Shown here piece after piece: positions 25,959-37,900 of a stretch of 64,000 bases of DNA. The position numbers and the translations under genes were made by a program. Numbering within the stretch: the stretch's first letter is position 1; every line of letters starts with the position of its first letter. The notes under the pieces were generated by a model. The model searched no databases. It was not told the origin of the DNA and saw nothing but the letters and a program-made list of their open reading frames with translations. The DNA lies in the IMG/VR virus record IMGVR_UViG_3300020214_000005, positions 33,936 through 97,935 of that record; one strand, given 5' to 3'. The DNA comes from a virus.

Positions 25959-28900
25959 CTACCTCCCAGAGAACGGAATAGTTATCGTTTGCGTCTTGCG
26001 CACCTCAATTTTACTGCCATCGGGGGCTGTCCTGTCCTTGTACAAGTATCTTAACAGGTAGGGGTGCTTTATCTGGAGGATCTGCGGCGCACCCAGCTGC
26101 CCGAGGAGCATCTGTCCGACGAGGAGGGGTTTCGTCGGGTCCTTCTCCGAGTCCCAGATGTACAACTCGTCGAACAATTGCCTCTCAATGATGATGGGAA
26201 GTATCTGCTGGAGGTTCCACTGGATCTGTTCAACTATCCCTTCCGGCACGTGACGCCCGAACTGATCTTCCCTGTTCAGCACCCTTTTTTGGATGACTGG
26301 CAACGGTGCGAAGAAGTAGTGGCCGACGATGTTGTATCCCTTCTTGCGCCAGTCAACCAGGTCCTGGAACCCGTCGTTGAACTGTCCGCTGGTGTCGTAC
26401 ACGAGGTCAAGCCCCTCCTCCGTGGCGGCCCTCGCCATCACGGCTGCCACCTGCCGCGACTCTCGGTGCACCAGGCCGGACGCGCTCTCCAGCCTGCGCG
26501 CGTACCAGAGCCTCGTCTCGGGCATCATTATTTTTGCGTCGTCCGGATCCGCCACGATGGCGCTGTCGTAGTTCGGTATGCCCGCCAAACCCATGTTCCT
26601 CGCCGTGGACTTCCCGGTCCCTGATCCTCCCCCGAGTATGTAGGCGGTCGGTCTCTGCTGGTCGTTGGGAATGTCGCCCCTCCTCGCCCGCTCGAGACTC
26701 AACTCCACGTACGGCCTCCATAACTGCTCCACCCGGTCCTTGTCGCCCCAGGCCGCAAACAGGTCGTCCCCGCCCCTCGAGGTGCCCACCCTGTAGAACC
26801 CTGCGGTGTCGCTGCCCTTTTCGAGGTGACTCGGCGGCATCTTGCTTTGCACCGACAGGAGACCGAGCTCGCGTGGCAGCGAATCATCTATGGGTTTGTC
26901 CGACATGCCCGCCTCGGCGCCCGGTCCGAATCTCCAGGTGGATGCGGCGACCCTGTTGCCCCACGGCATCAACGGGTGGGGCATCTTGTTCGATCCAAGG
27001 AACAGCTTCCTCCCCGTGGCCCTGCGGATGTCGTTTATCTGGGCGATCATCTTCTGGTTCCTCACCCTCGCCGCCCGCGCAAGCATCCCGAGTCTTCTGT
27101 TGATCGACAGACTCAGGTCGCCGTACGGATCCGACGACGGATCGTTCTGCAGGTTTGCGACCGCCCTTCGTATCCACTCGGCATGGCCGAAGGCGAGCCT
27201 GTGCTGGCCCGCGGCTATCTCGGAGAGAGGAACCCAGCGAGCTCCCGACGCATCCGAGGCGGCGACGAGTTGCGTGTCCCAGGGGACGACGAACATTCCG
27301 GCGCCGACCCTCACCCCGTTGACGAACCTCGGGTCCCAGTCTGGGGCTTCCATGGCGCCGAGGTAATCCGCCTGCAGGGCGTTCTCAAGGGAAACCCCCA
27401 CCTCTTCGAAGGTCTCGCGGGTCGCGGTCGTCATGAGGTCCTCGCCATCGTCCTTCAATCCGCCGACGAGCGCCAAGGCATTCCTGTACGGGCCGCTCTT
27501 GCGCGTGATCATCGCTATCTCCGCCGTGCGAAGATCCAAGTCCCTCATCCTTATCATCACGGAGTCGGCCCCCTCGACGTAGATCGCGTCCTTGTTGAAG
27601 GACCAATTGCTGGTGCTCCAGTTGATGTCGTCTTCGGTGTAGTCAAGGTTGTGAAAGATGTTGAACGGCGATCCCATGGATATGTTGTCGGCGACCTTTC
27701 GCAGTTCCGATTCGCTCATATCGACGTCCCCGTAGACCCCCTCGAAGTAACGCCTCTGATCGACTTCTTCGGAGCGAGCGAAGTTCCCGACGATGGGCTC
27801 GATCATGTCGGCGAAGTTCCTCGCCATCCCCGCCTCGGCGTCGTCGGTCTCGTCCGGCATGTGCTCGTCGTTGTCGAAGTACAGGCGCATGCTTGACTTC
27901 AGTTTCGTGAGTCGCGTTTGTTCCGAGTTGTCGGTCACCATCGCGTCCGCCCTGTCCATGGCGTGCCTTATCGCCCCCAGGAGGTCCGCCGGTTCCTGGC
28001 CGTTGTCACCGAAAATGAGACGAGAGTTCGTTGGGCGCACGGCGTCCGCCGAGAACGGGGATTCCCCTCCCCTGAAGTCCACGGGGGAGATTTCATTGCT
28101 CGCCGCCATCAGTGAGTAGATGTCCATTAGGCGCTCGACCTCGTCGACCAGCTCCCCGTCGGTGGCCGTCCCCACGGCGACCGATATGCGTCGGTCCGAG
28201 TTAAACCACATCCCGTTCGCGAGGAGTTTGTTTCGCTTGAGGTCGTCACTTCTGTCCGTAGAGTTTGTTCTGGCGCGACTTGGCGACATTCCCGCCTCCG
28301 GACTCAACGGCATTCCGCTCAAAACCCTTGCCGTAGCAATTGTCGCCTCGATGACGTCCGGGCTTATGTTCTTTGATCGAAGCGCCTGTTTCACGCCGTC
28401 GTCGTTTTCGTTGCCCCTGAGCCTGTCGTTGAGAATCGCCAGGATCAGGTCGCCGAGGTCAATGAATTCGTTGCCTCTTTGCGAGGAGGCCTTGAGTGCG
28501 CCGATCAGCGCCCGGTGTGCGGCCTTCGTCCATTTGGTGGGTTTCGGGGAGGGACCGTCCTTCGGGGTGGTCACGCCTTGGAGGGCGTTGATCATGTTCT
28601 CTACCGAGATGTTCAGTCTTCTCAGGGCCGTCAAGTACGTACCAGTTTCGGGGTGGGTCATCACATATCTCCAGGCCCCCAACAGGAGGTGTCCTGCGTT
28701 TACATCGGGCGACCCCGACTTCGCCGCGTCCTCGTAGGCTTCCACGATTGAGAAAACTGTGTCGTTGGTGAACCGGGCCATCACCATTCTGGTCAGTGCG
28801 GACATGCCCGCCTCCGCGCCGGTTCCTCTGTCGCCTCTGTCGTAGGTCAGCTCGGGGAATCCGTTGGCGTCCAGCCATTCGTTGAAGGTTAAGAGCTTCG

Positions 28901-31900
28901 CGAATCTCTCGTCGTCGCTTAGCAGCGAGTCCTTGATCGGGTCTATCATCTCCCTCTTGTACCTCGGCAGCAAAATCCTCCGTTTGCGCGCCCGCTCGGT
29001 CGCAAGTATGAAGGGCTCCATCTCCCTGACGGCCTCGCCGAGCGTCTTGACCGACCCGTAGATGCCGCTCCGTATGTGCTGCTCGAAAAGGGTGCCCAAA
29101 GTATCCTGGGCCTCGGCGTAGTACCTGTTGTACCGGGTTAGGAATTCGCTCTGCTCGGGGGTGAGCTGACGAACATCGTCGGCGCCGTCGGCACCCGTGT
29201 GCCGTGCGATAATTCCCAAGAAAGTGACCCAACCGTCCTGGTCGTCGTGAATCTTTTCTACGACAGTCTGGCCGAATTCCAAATCACCGAACAGGGAATG
29301 GACGTGCGCGCGGGCGACCTCCTCCGCCAGCTTAAGGTGCGTCTCGTCGTTGATGGATCCGCTCTCTCGCAGGGTGTTCAGGAGTTGCTCTATGACATAC
29401 ATTTGTGTCTGGAAATCGGTCTGTCGCATCCCAATCCCAACCCTCATAGTGTCCAAGCCATTCTTGAACGCGGCGACCTGCCTGTATCCGATTTCCATGT
29501 TGGATCGGTGGGTCTGCAGGATGCCCTTGATCAGCGGTATCATGAAATTGTTTCTAAAATCGTTAGACTCAGGCCCGTCGGGTCTGCTCAGGATTGTGTG
29601 GGCCAAAGTCAGGTGCGGTTTTCCCCCGAACATTGTGATCACTTCGAGCGGTGACGTGATAAACATTTCTTTCATCGCATTGATTGACTCCGAGAAACTC
29701 TTGCCCGTGACGGGGTAGATGTCGTCCATTCGGTCCAGGTCCAGCCACGGGAAGATATTCTTCAGCTGACGAAGGACGGCGTCTTTCGTCACCGTTCCCG
29801 CTGGGATCCCTTTGATGATGGGCCCGATCCACTCGTCGAAGCGGTCCAGTTCGGCGACTGGGTAGCCCATTCCCAGAAGCCGTCCAAAAGCCCTTTTGAG
29901 CAACTGGCTCGGTTTCTCCTCGACGAGCGCGGCATCCTCGAAGGCAATCATCGACGAAACGTAGTCCGCGAACTCCTCGGGGTGCATCTCCAGTATCTGA
30001 TCGTCCCCGAGTTCACCGTAGGCGGATGCGGTCTCCCACCAGTACTTCCCCGGGGTCTCGTCTATCACGCGCTGCAATTCTCGTAACGATTCTCTTTCGG
30101 CGGCGAGTGCTTCGGGGGTGAGCGCTGAGCTCGCCGCGCCCGGCTCCGTGATCGGGTTTGTCTCATCGTTCCAGCCCGGCAGGTAAGGATTGCCATCCGG
30201 CCCGGAGTAGACGATGTTTGGTCCGTACATCGACCAGTACCCGTACGAGTCGACCCTTGGTCTCGCAAACCTGAACCAGTCGGTGTCGTTGTCGCCAAAA
30301 GGGTCAGACGACGTGGTGAGGGGCGTATGGAAGGGCGAGATCTTCCTCTTGTCTCGCGCGGCGATTGATTGGACAGCCTTCCTGTAGATGCTCGTGGCGA
30401 GCACGTCGGCGAGGATCCTCGCCAGAATCTTCGTCGACTCGATCATTTGCGTGGCTTGGCGCGCGGCCTCGCCACCCGACGATGGGTACAAACTGGACCA
30501 GGCCTCGGTCGGCAGTGCCTCCATCAAGAGCAGTCCTGGTTGCTCGGCCACCTCCTGCAAGGCCTTGAACAAGGAGTCGAAGGTGAAGGCGAACACTTGG
30601 TCATCCATCTCCCTCGTCGGGATGTAGAGCGGATCGCCCAGCATTCTCTCGGAGCCCGGCTCCTCGGGGATGTTAGGGGAGGCAGTGATATACGGGTTTT
30701 TCGGCATGATACTTCCGAACGCGTCCACCATCGGTTCAACCGCCGTGTACATGCCGTAGACCCAGTTGGCCATCATGATTTGCCTCGGCGTGAGGTTGTC
30801 GACTATCTTCTTGGCCTCGGCATTTCCCTCCAGCACTGAGCCGAGCAGGAGATTGGAGAACATGGGGACGCCTTGCAACAACGGTAAGTCGGTATTTGAT
30901 CCCGCTTCCCATGCCATCGTCCCCTCCGTCGTCGATGGCGCTATTTGGTCACTCGGCTGGTCAATGGTCCCTGTCGGGGTTGCCCCGAACTTGCTTCGCA
31001 GCAGGTTCCTTTCGTCCGTCGCCGCCATCATCGGGATGAGCAGGCGCATTACTTTCTCGTCGCCCGGTTCGAACATCGGTGGAGCGTCGACCAGGTTCGG
31101 GTTTCGCATGATCTGCTTCATCTGCCATAGCTTGAGGCGCAGTTCATCATTGACGTCCTCGGGAATTTCCGGCGCGGGGAGAATGCCCGATGCTACGCCT
31201 TCAATCAGGGTGTCTGTCCCAACTTCGACTGATTCGGAGGAGATGCGGTCCGAATCAGGGGAAAGTCGCCTGAACCATTTGTCGTAAATCGCCTGGAGCA
31301 TTCCCCTCAGCATCGGCATGATGCCTCTGTAGAGGCCGGTTCCAAGGAATTCTCCTCGTATCACCGATGGAACGGTGTCGAAGCCGAACAGGGGGAACGT
31401 TGAGTTCTCCTGACGCGTGGCTATATCGAAGTTCCTGAATCTCTTGGCCCGCATTTTCCCGGCATCGCCCTGCGCAACATCGCCAAGCATCCCAATGTCC
31501 ACATCTTCGGAAGCCAAGTCGTCGAGGTGATCACGAGTTGAGCCGAAAATTGCGTCGTGGGTGGTCTCGTCGCCCGTCGTGTTATCGAGGTATCCGCCCT
31601 CCAGCGCGAATGACGTCCAGAGGGATATCACCCGACCCAGCATCTGCATTCTTTCCGGGTCCTTCGCTTCGCCATCCACGCCCAAAGACGCAGGCGAGCC
31701 GGGGTTGATGAAGGGATCGGCAACGATGGCTGGTGGCATCTGAAGTTCCGGGTCCACGGAAGTGCCGTCCGCGCGAGTCGGCCTGTCCTCTCTCCAGTTG
31801 GCCGACGGGCCGTCCGACATCGGGGTGTTGTCGGGCAACCTGCGATTTGCCATTCCTGCCTCGGCCCCGCCATACGAGTCGTACGCATCGTCCATCCGCG

Positions 31901-34900
31901 CTGACCCGCGGGCCGATGCGAGTATCGAGTCGAGAGTCTTCGCGCCGATTCCGTATTTCTTCATCAGCGCTCGTTTTGAGACGCCCGACGAAAAATCGGC
32001 CATCACTGCATCCCCGTTTTTCGCTATCCACTTCGGTGACCCGACCACTTCGGGCAGTAGTCCTTGCTTTCTGAGTTCGTGCAGGGAGTTTCGGACGGTG
32101 TTCGGGTTGAACCCGGTGGCGTCGATTATGTCCTGTTCCCTGAACCCCGACGCGGCGAGGATCTCCACGACGCCCTTCCTGCTTCGTGGCGCGATCGACG
32201 AGGCGAAAGCCGCTGCGTCCTCCTGGGTTATTTCCTCCAGCCCGATCTGGTCGTAGAAGCGATCGATCGTTCCGTCGTTGAGCAGCTCGGACACCTTGTC
32301 GGCCACGAACTGGCCGTTGGGCATCTCCGCCGCCGCCGCGAACGGGTCTGATCCTTCGTTGATGGCGGCTACGACCTCTCCGGAACGGTCCCAGGTCGAG
32401 GCGAGCCAATAGAAATTGCCGGCGTCGGCGTCCGACTGTGGGATGTCAGATGGCCACACCTCGGAGGCGGTCCTGCCGAAGGCCCGTGCCAAGCGCTCGG
32501 CTTCCGTCGGGGAAACGGCGGCGCCGTCCCTTCTGAACTCGGCGATCACCTCGAGGGGGGCGCCAAGGAACCGGCTCAACGCCCTGTCGGACATCTGCGA
32601 AATCCCCGGCACGACGGACGCGAGCGCGGATATCTGGTTCTGGCCGTTGCGGACCATGTCGGCCCTCTCGAGGCCCCGGGAAGCGTAAATCGGACTTCTG
32701 CCGTTTGCCGTGATCAGTTGCCCACCGAAGGCACCCGTGGTGGTGTCGTTCCCCGAAATCATCCTGGCCAAGGCAGGGTACGGCCCGTCCATTGATCCGA
32801 AATCCTCTATCTGTTTCTGCAGCTTGGACAATTCGTCGTTGACGCCCATCCTGCCGAGGGAGTTGAATGCCTCCTCCGAACCCAGCCACGTCTGCCTGTC
32901 GCGGAACGTCATGAAGTTCCAGTCGAAGGGCAGGGGGTTGTGCATGTCCGACAGGATCCTCCTCGGGGGCGCCGAGGCGGAGATGAGCTGGGCCACGTCG
33001 TCCGACACGCCGAAGGCCACCGGGATGGAACGCGGATTCAGTCTCATCAAATTGTTGAGCGATATCGCCGAGTTCAGCTTTTGCGTCGCCCGGTCGGATG
33101 ATCCCTTCGGGGTGAAAATCGAATCGAGATACAGCGGACCGAGGTTCCTGAGCTCGGGGAATCGGTTGTCCGTCATTCGGCGAACCGATGCCTCGCTGTA
33201 GGCCCCGGACAAACCCGATGCGTACGATTGGGCCATCCTCAGGATGTTGCTGGTTTTGCTGAGCAGGGTCTCCGTCGCTATGGCGTCCGAGACGTCTTCT
33301 GGCTCCACGCCGAACAGGCGGGCCGTCGCCGACACCGGGTTGAAAATCGCGAAGTATTTGGCGTTGCGGATTGCCTCGGCGTACATCACGAGGGCGGCGT
33401 CTATGTCCGCCTCCTTGACTCCGTTGGCCTGCATGGCGTCGGCGATCCCGTCGACCATGACGTCCTCGATTATTCGCTTGGTCAGGCTGGGCAGGGAGTT
33501 GATGGCCAGCTCCGAGAAGCGCTTGTAACGAGCACCCATGATTTTCCTTGTCGTCGCGTCGGCCTCGGCGTCCGCGATCATCATCAGGACGGCCGTGCTC
33601 TTGGCCTGCTCGATTTCGGCAGGGCTGCCGAAGCGCATCTGCGGAACGACCCTGTCTGGTTTGCCACGGCGAAGGGTCGCCATCGCCGTCCTTATGTCCG
33701 GGATGCGTTCCATCTCGTCGACGTTGACCCTCGAGAGGATTTCGTTTACTTTGGCTATCTCGGCGGCGAGTCTTTTTTCCTTCGTGGAGAGGAGGACCCT
33801 CTTGTCTGGGATTTGGATCCTTTCCGTTCCGACGATCCCGAATCTGGTGCGACCGACCGACATGCCACCAGCGGGTTCGTCCGACAGGCCCGACGGGTCA
33901 TCGGCGAGGTGCGAAAGGGCGTTGTTCACTCCTCTGACCAGTCTCATGCCCGCCTCGGCGTCCCTGCCGGTTAGTTTGGCCGCCGCGCGGATCTCTTCAA
34001 TTCGCTCTTCTATCTCCCCTCGTTCGATTTCGTTGATGGCCCTCGCCCTCGCGGACGCCTCAGTTTCACGGCTAAGATCCGCGATCAGGTTCGTGGCCTG
34101 GTAGATCGCTGGTTGTATCGTGAAATAAAACTTTTGAATTTCATCGACGGCCTGCTGCGGCGTGATCTCGCCACGCGCGGACTGCCTGAAGAGCTGGTCT
34201 CGATGCCGGTTGTACGAGTCGAGTAGCACCCCCCAGGCGGAGTAGGTGGCTTGTATCCTGGCCCTGATTCTGTCCTGGTAGTTGACGCTTAACATTTTCC
34301 AGTGCTGCTCGAGGTGGCGCAAGCGCTGGTCTAGCCTGTGTATTTCGCCCCGGATGCCGCCCGTCGAGTTCAAGGCGATGTCGTTGAGCACGTTGTTGAT
34401 TTTCGTGAGGGCGACGGAATTGAAGCGGGCCTTTGCCGCTGCCTGGGCCGCGGAGTACAGGGATTTGAACTGTGCGTCCGAAATGTTGTTATCCCTCGCC
34501 CACTTCCTCAATCCCGTCAGAATGGCGTCGGGGTGGAAATTGTCCCCGTCCGTGGTCTTCGCGACCGCGGCGATCTCGTATTCGTCCATGAGATTTCCCG
34601 ATGTGAACATGCCCCACCAGGACTGTCTCGCGACATCGCTGGCCTTGGCCGAGGAGTTGGCGATCTTCTTCTGCTTTGCCAACTTGTCTTTCGAGATGCC
34701 GAGATTGGCGATCGTGTTGGGGTCAGGGTAGCTCTCTAGGCTCGGGAACGGGCTTACGATGTCCGGGTCTGGGCCCAGGTCTTCCACGTCCTGCAAGAGT
34801 CGCGGCTGTTGCTTATGGAGGGGGTAGTCCGATCCGATTTTGAGGAACTGATCGGCGACTTCTCGGACCACCTTGTCGAGGTCCATGGAACCCGGGTCAC

Positions 34901-37900
34901 TCATCACCTCTTCTGTGATGAAAAAACCGTACTTGCTCGGATCCTTCTCGTAGTGCTGGCCTCCGAGGATCCGCGAATACCTGTTCGCCTGTGAGAGCCA
35001 ATCATGGAAGCTCGGGAACAGTCTCTTGTGTTGATCGATCGACTTACCGATGGCCTTGACTGCTGGGTGCTCCGACGGGTCCCCGGTAAATTCCCCTGCT
35101 TGGTCCTGCCGGATGGAGTTGTTCGGCTGACCTGGGTCGTAGTTTAGTTTGTAGTTCAGGAGATCGTCCCCGACACTCATTTGGAAGTCGTCCCGGGTTA
35201 TGTTGAACGAGTAACGAACCGGATCACGACCGTGTCTGATGTCCTCGATTGGGAACATGTCCTCGCCCAGCGTCATGTGGAGCAGCAGGTACTCCTTCAG
35301 CGCGGCGAGGAAGAAGTTCGCTCTTGCTTTGTTCTGGTCGTCCCTAACGACGTATGGGCCGTCGGGGAAGTCGAATGGCGCGTTGGGCATCCGCCTGATC
35401 AAATCAAGCGTCGCGTTCTGGAGCGCCTGGAAGATGAGCTGCGAGGCAGAGTATGAGCCGTCCTTCCTCTGACGGATCGCAATTTCGTCAGGGACGTCTC
35501 CCTCCTGCGCGCGGAAGAAGGCGGCCAACGCCTTCATCGCGTAGTCGTTCTCCTCGGGCACCGAGATCCGTGGAACGGTTGTGTCCCCGCTCGTGTAGTC
35601 GCCGCTTCTTATGAGGTCATAATCGTCTTTGCCGAACAGCGCGACAGCGGTTTCTTCGGGCAGGTCCAAATTTTCGTTGTTTCCCTGTTGGTCGCCGAGA
35701 GCCATCCCGGCCTCGGCACCGATACCCATGTACCTGTTAAAGTTCGCCTCGGAATCCGGTAACGCCCCCGATCGGAATTCGCCCCAAGACAAGACCTCCC
35801 CATCGGTTTCCGCCTCGGCGATCCTCCGGGCCCGCGCCGCCGCCCCGTACTCGGCGGGATCGTCGAAGGTTTCCGAGCCACCGGAGAAGAAATAATCGAT
35901 TATCTCGCTGTAATGCTGGCGTTCCTGCGGCGTAAGCAAGGACGGTTCGAGGATCTTCTCGCCGAAAGCCCCAGCTAGGGCCTCGTCCGTCCTCGAGAGA
36001 ACGTCGTCAAAGGTCCTCTTGGAGCCCTCCGTTCCGAAGGTCAGCATCATCATGCGCCTTCCTAAATTGTCGATCTTGGCCCTCGTTTGGGCAATCGGGC
36101 CCTGTTCGAGCCTTGCCTCGTAAGCTTGCCTGTCCATCCTCTGCAGGATTGACGGGATGATGTAGTTGTCTCTCAGTCGCTCGAGTTGTGCGTCTGACAG
36201 CGCTCCGATAATTTTCGCGGCGGAATCGGGAGATCCGTCATAGGTTCGCAGGAGTTCCGCAAGATTCGGCATCGCCGCTTGGCCATCCGCGGGTTCGGTG
36301 ACGACTTGGACCATCTCGTAGCCTCTTCCCTCCTTCGGGAAACGGTCAATGACGTCGCGGGCCATTCGCCGGCCCCCGTCCCGTTGCGACCGAAGAACAC
36401 CGATCGCCTTGGCCCGTAGTGAGGTCAGCCTTTCTGCGTCGGCGATCTTCGGCGGCAACAGGGGGACGATGAAGGTTCCCTGCGAGTTTCTGCCCATTTC
36501 CCACAACACATTTACGAGGGAGGCCACATTCTCCTCATTCGGCTCCATTTTCGCGAGAGCCCGTGAGACGGCACTATCGTCTTTGGCAAGGATCGCCGAG
36601 ACCAGGTCCCTGACAGGCACCGACACAGATTCGTCACCGAGGACACGTCTAACCTGGTCCCCGAAGAACCTATTTTCCGCGGGCTCGCGATCCGCCAACT
36701 GCCTCACGCCGAGCAACTTTCTCGCGACGGTGGCGAACGATATCGCCCGCAACTCGTTCTCGGTCAGTTCTTTTGCCTCGGGCGTCAGGATTTGAGCGGC
36801 CGACAGGGACGTGAGTTGTGCGTCGTTGAGCGAGGCGACGAAGGCAACGAGGGACTCCGAATCAAGCGGGGTTATGGCGTCGGCCATGGCCAGTTGAGCC
36901 ATGTGCACCGGGGTCGGTATGTATTCGCCGCGGACGCCGGACATGCGATCCGATGTCTTGGGTGCAGGAGTCTCCCCGGTGATGAGCTCGATCAACCGGC
37001 CCCTGTCCAAGGCCAGAGCCTGTAGCGCCGCCCTGGCTTTGGCCTTAACCGGGGAAACCGCATCGATGTCCGACGGTGTCACTGTTAATTCGCCCTCGGC
37101 CGGCAGTAGGTCTTCCCACAAATTGACGTTGAGGTTCTGGAGCAGTTCCGCATCGGTGAAATTTTCCGCGGACTCCGCCATAAGCTCGGGTTCGTCCAAC
37201 GCCATTGTCATTTTCGCGGCGTTGTACATGACGGCGTAGGGTGAGTTCAATCCACCTTCGGTCATATCCAATCTCGCCTGCGAGACAAAATCGGCCACAC
37301 TCTTCCACATTTCATTTATTTGTGAATCCGACAGTCTGTCTATGTAGGGCTCCAATCCCCCCATTTGCGACGCCGCCGACCGCATGTAAAAAGGCGAGCG
37401 CTGGTCGGTGACGCCCCGCGTGATGAAATCAAGGAAACCGCCGGGTTCCGCCATCCCCAGCAACCTTCGTCGTCGCACCTCCACCGCACGCATCGCGTAG
37501 TCGCCCTCGTCGCTGAGGGTTGCCACCCTGCTCAGCTCCCTAGCTCGGCGTTCGGCGACGACCCTCCCCCTGATCCCGTCCATCGTGGGACCGACCATGC
37601 CTGCCTCGGCCCCGTCCACCGGCTTGGGCAGGTCGATCATGTCGTAAAAGTCCGGGAATCTCCCGGTGACCTTGTTCCTGATCGCCGAGTCCGTCAGGTA
37701 GGAGTTTCCCATCAGTTGCTCGGAGATGTCGGCGCCGCTTGCCAACCCGTTTTTTGCGCTGAGGGAGCGAACCAGGCTATGGAAATCAGCGCTGTCCCTC
37801 ACGCCCATCAGCCTTTTCAGGTTCGAAACAACTTTTTCGGTTTTGTCCCCCGCACCGACGCCAACCTCGTCCAAAACTATGTCAAGAATGTCGTCGATGG

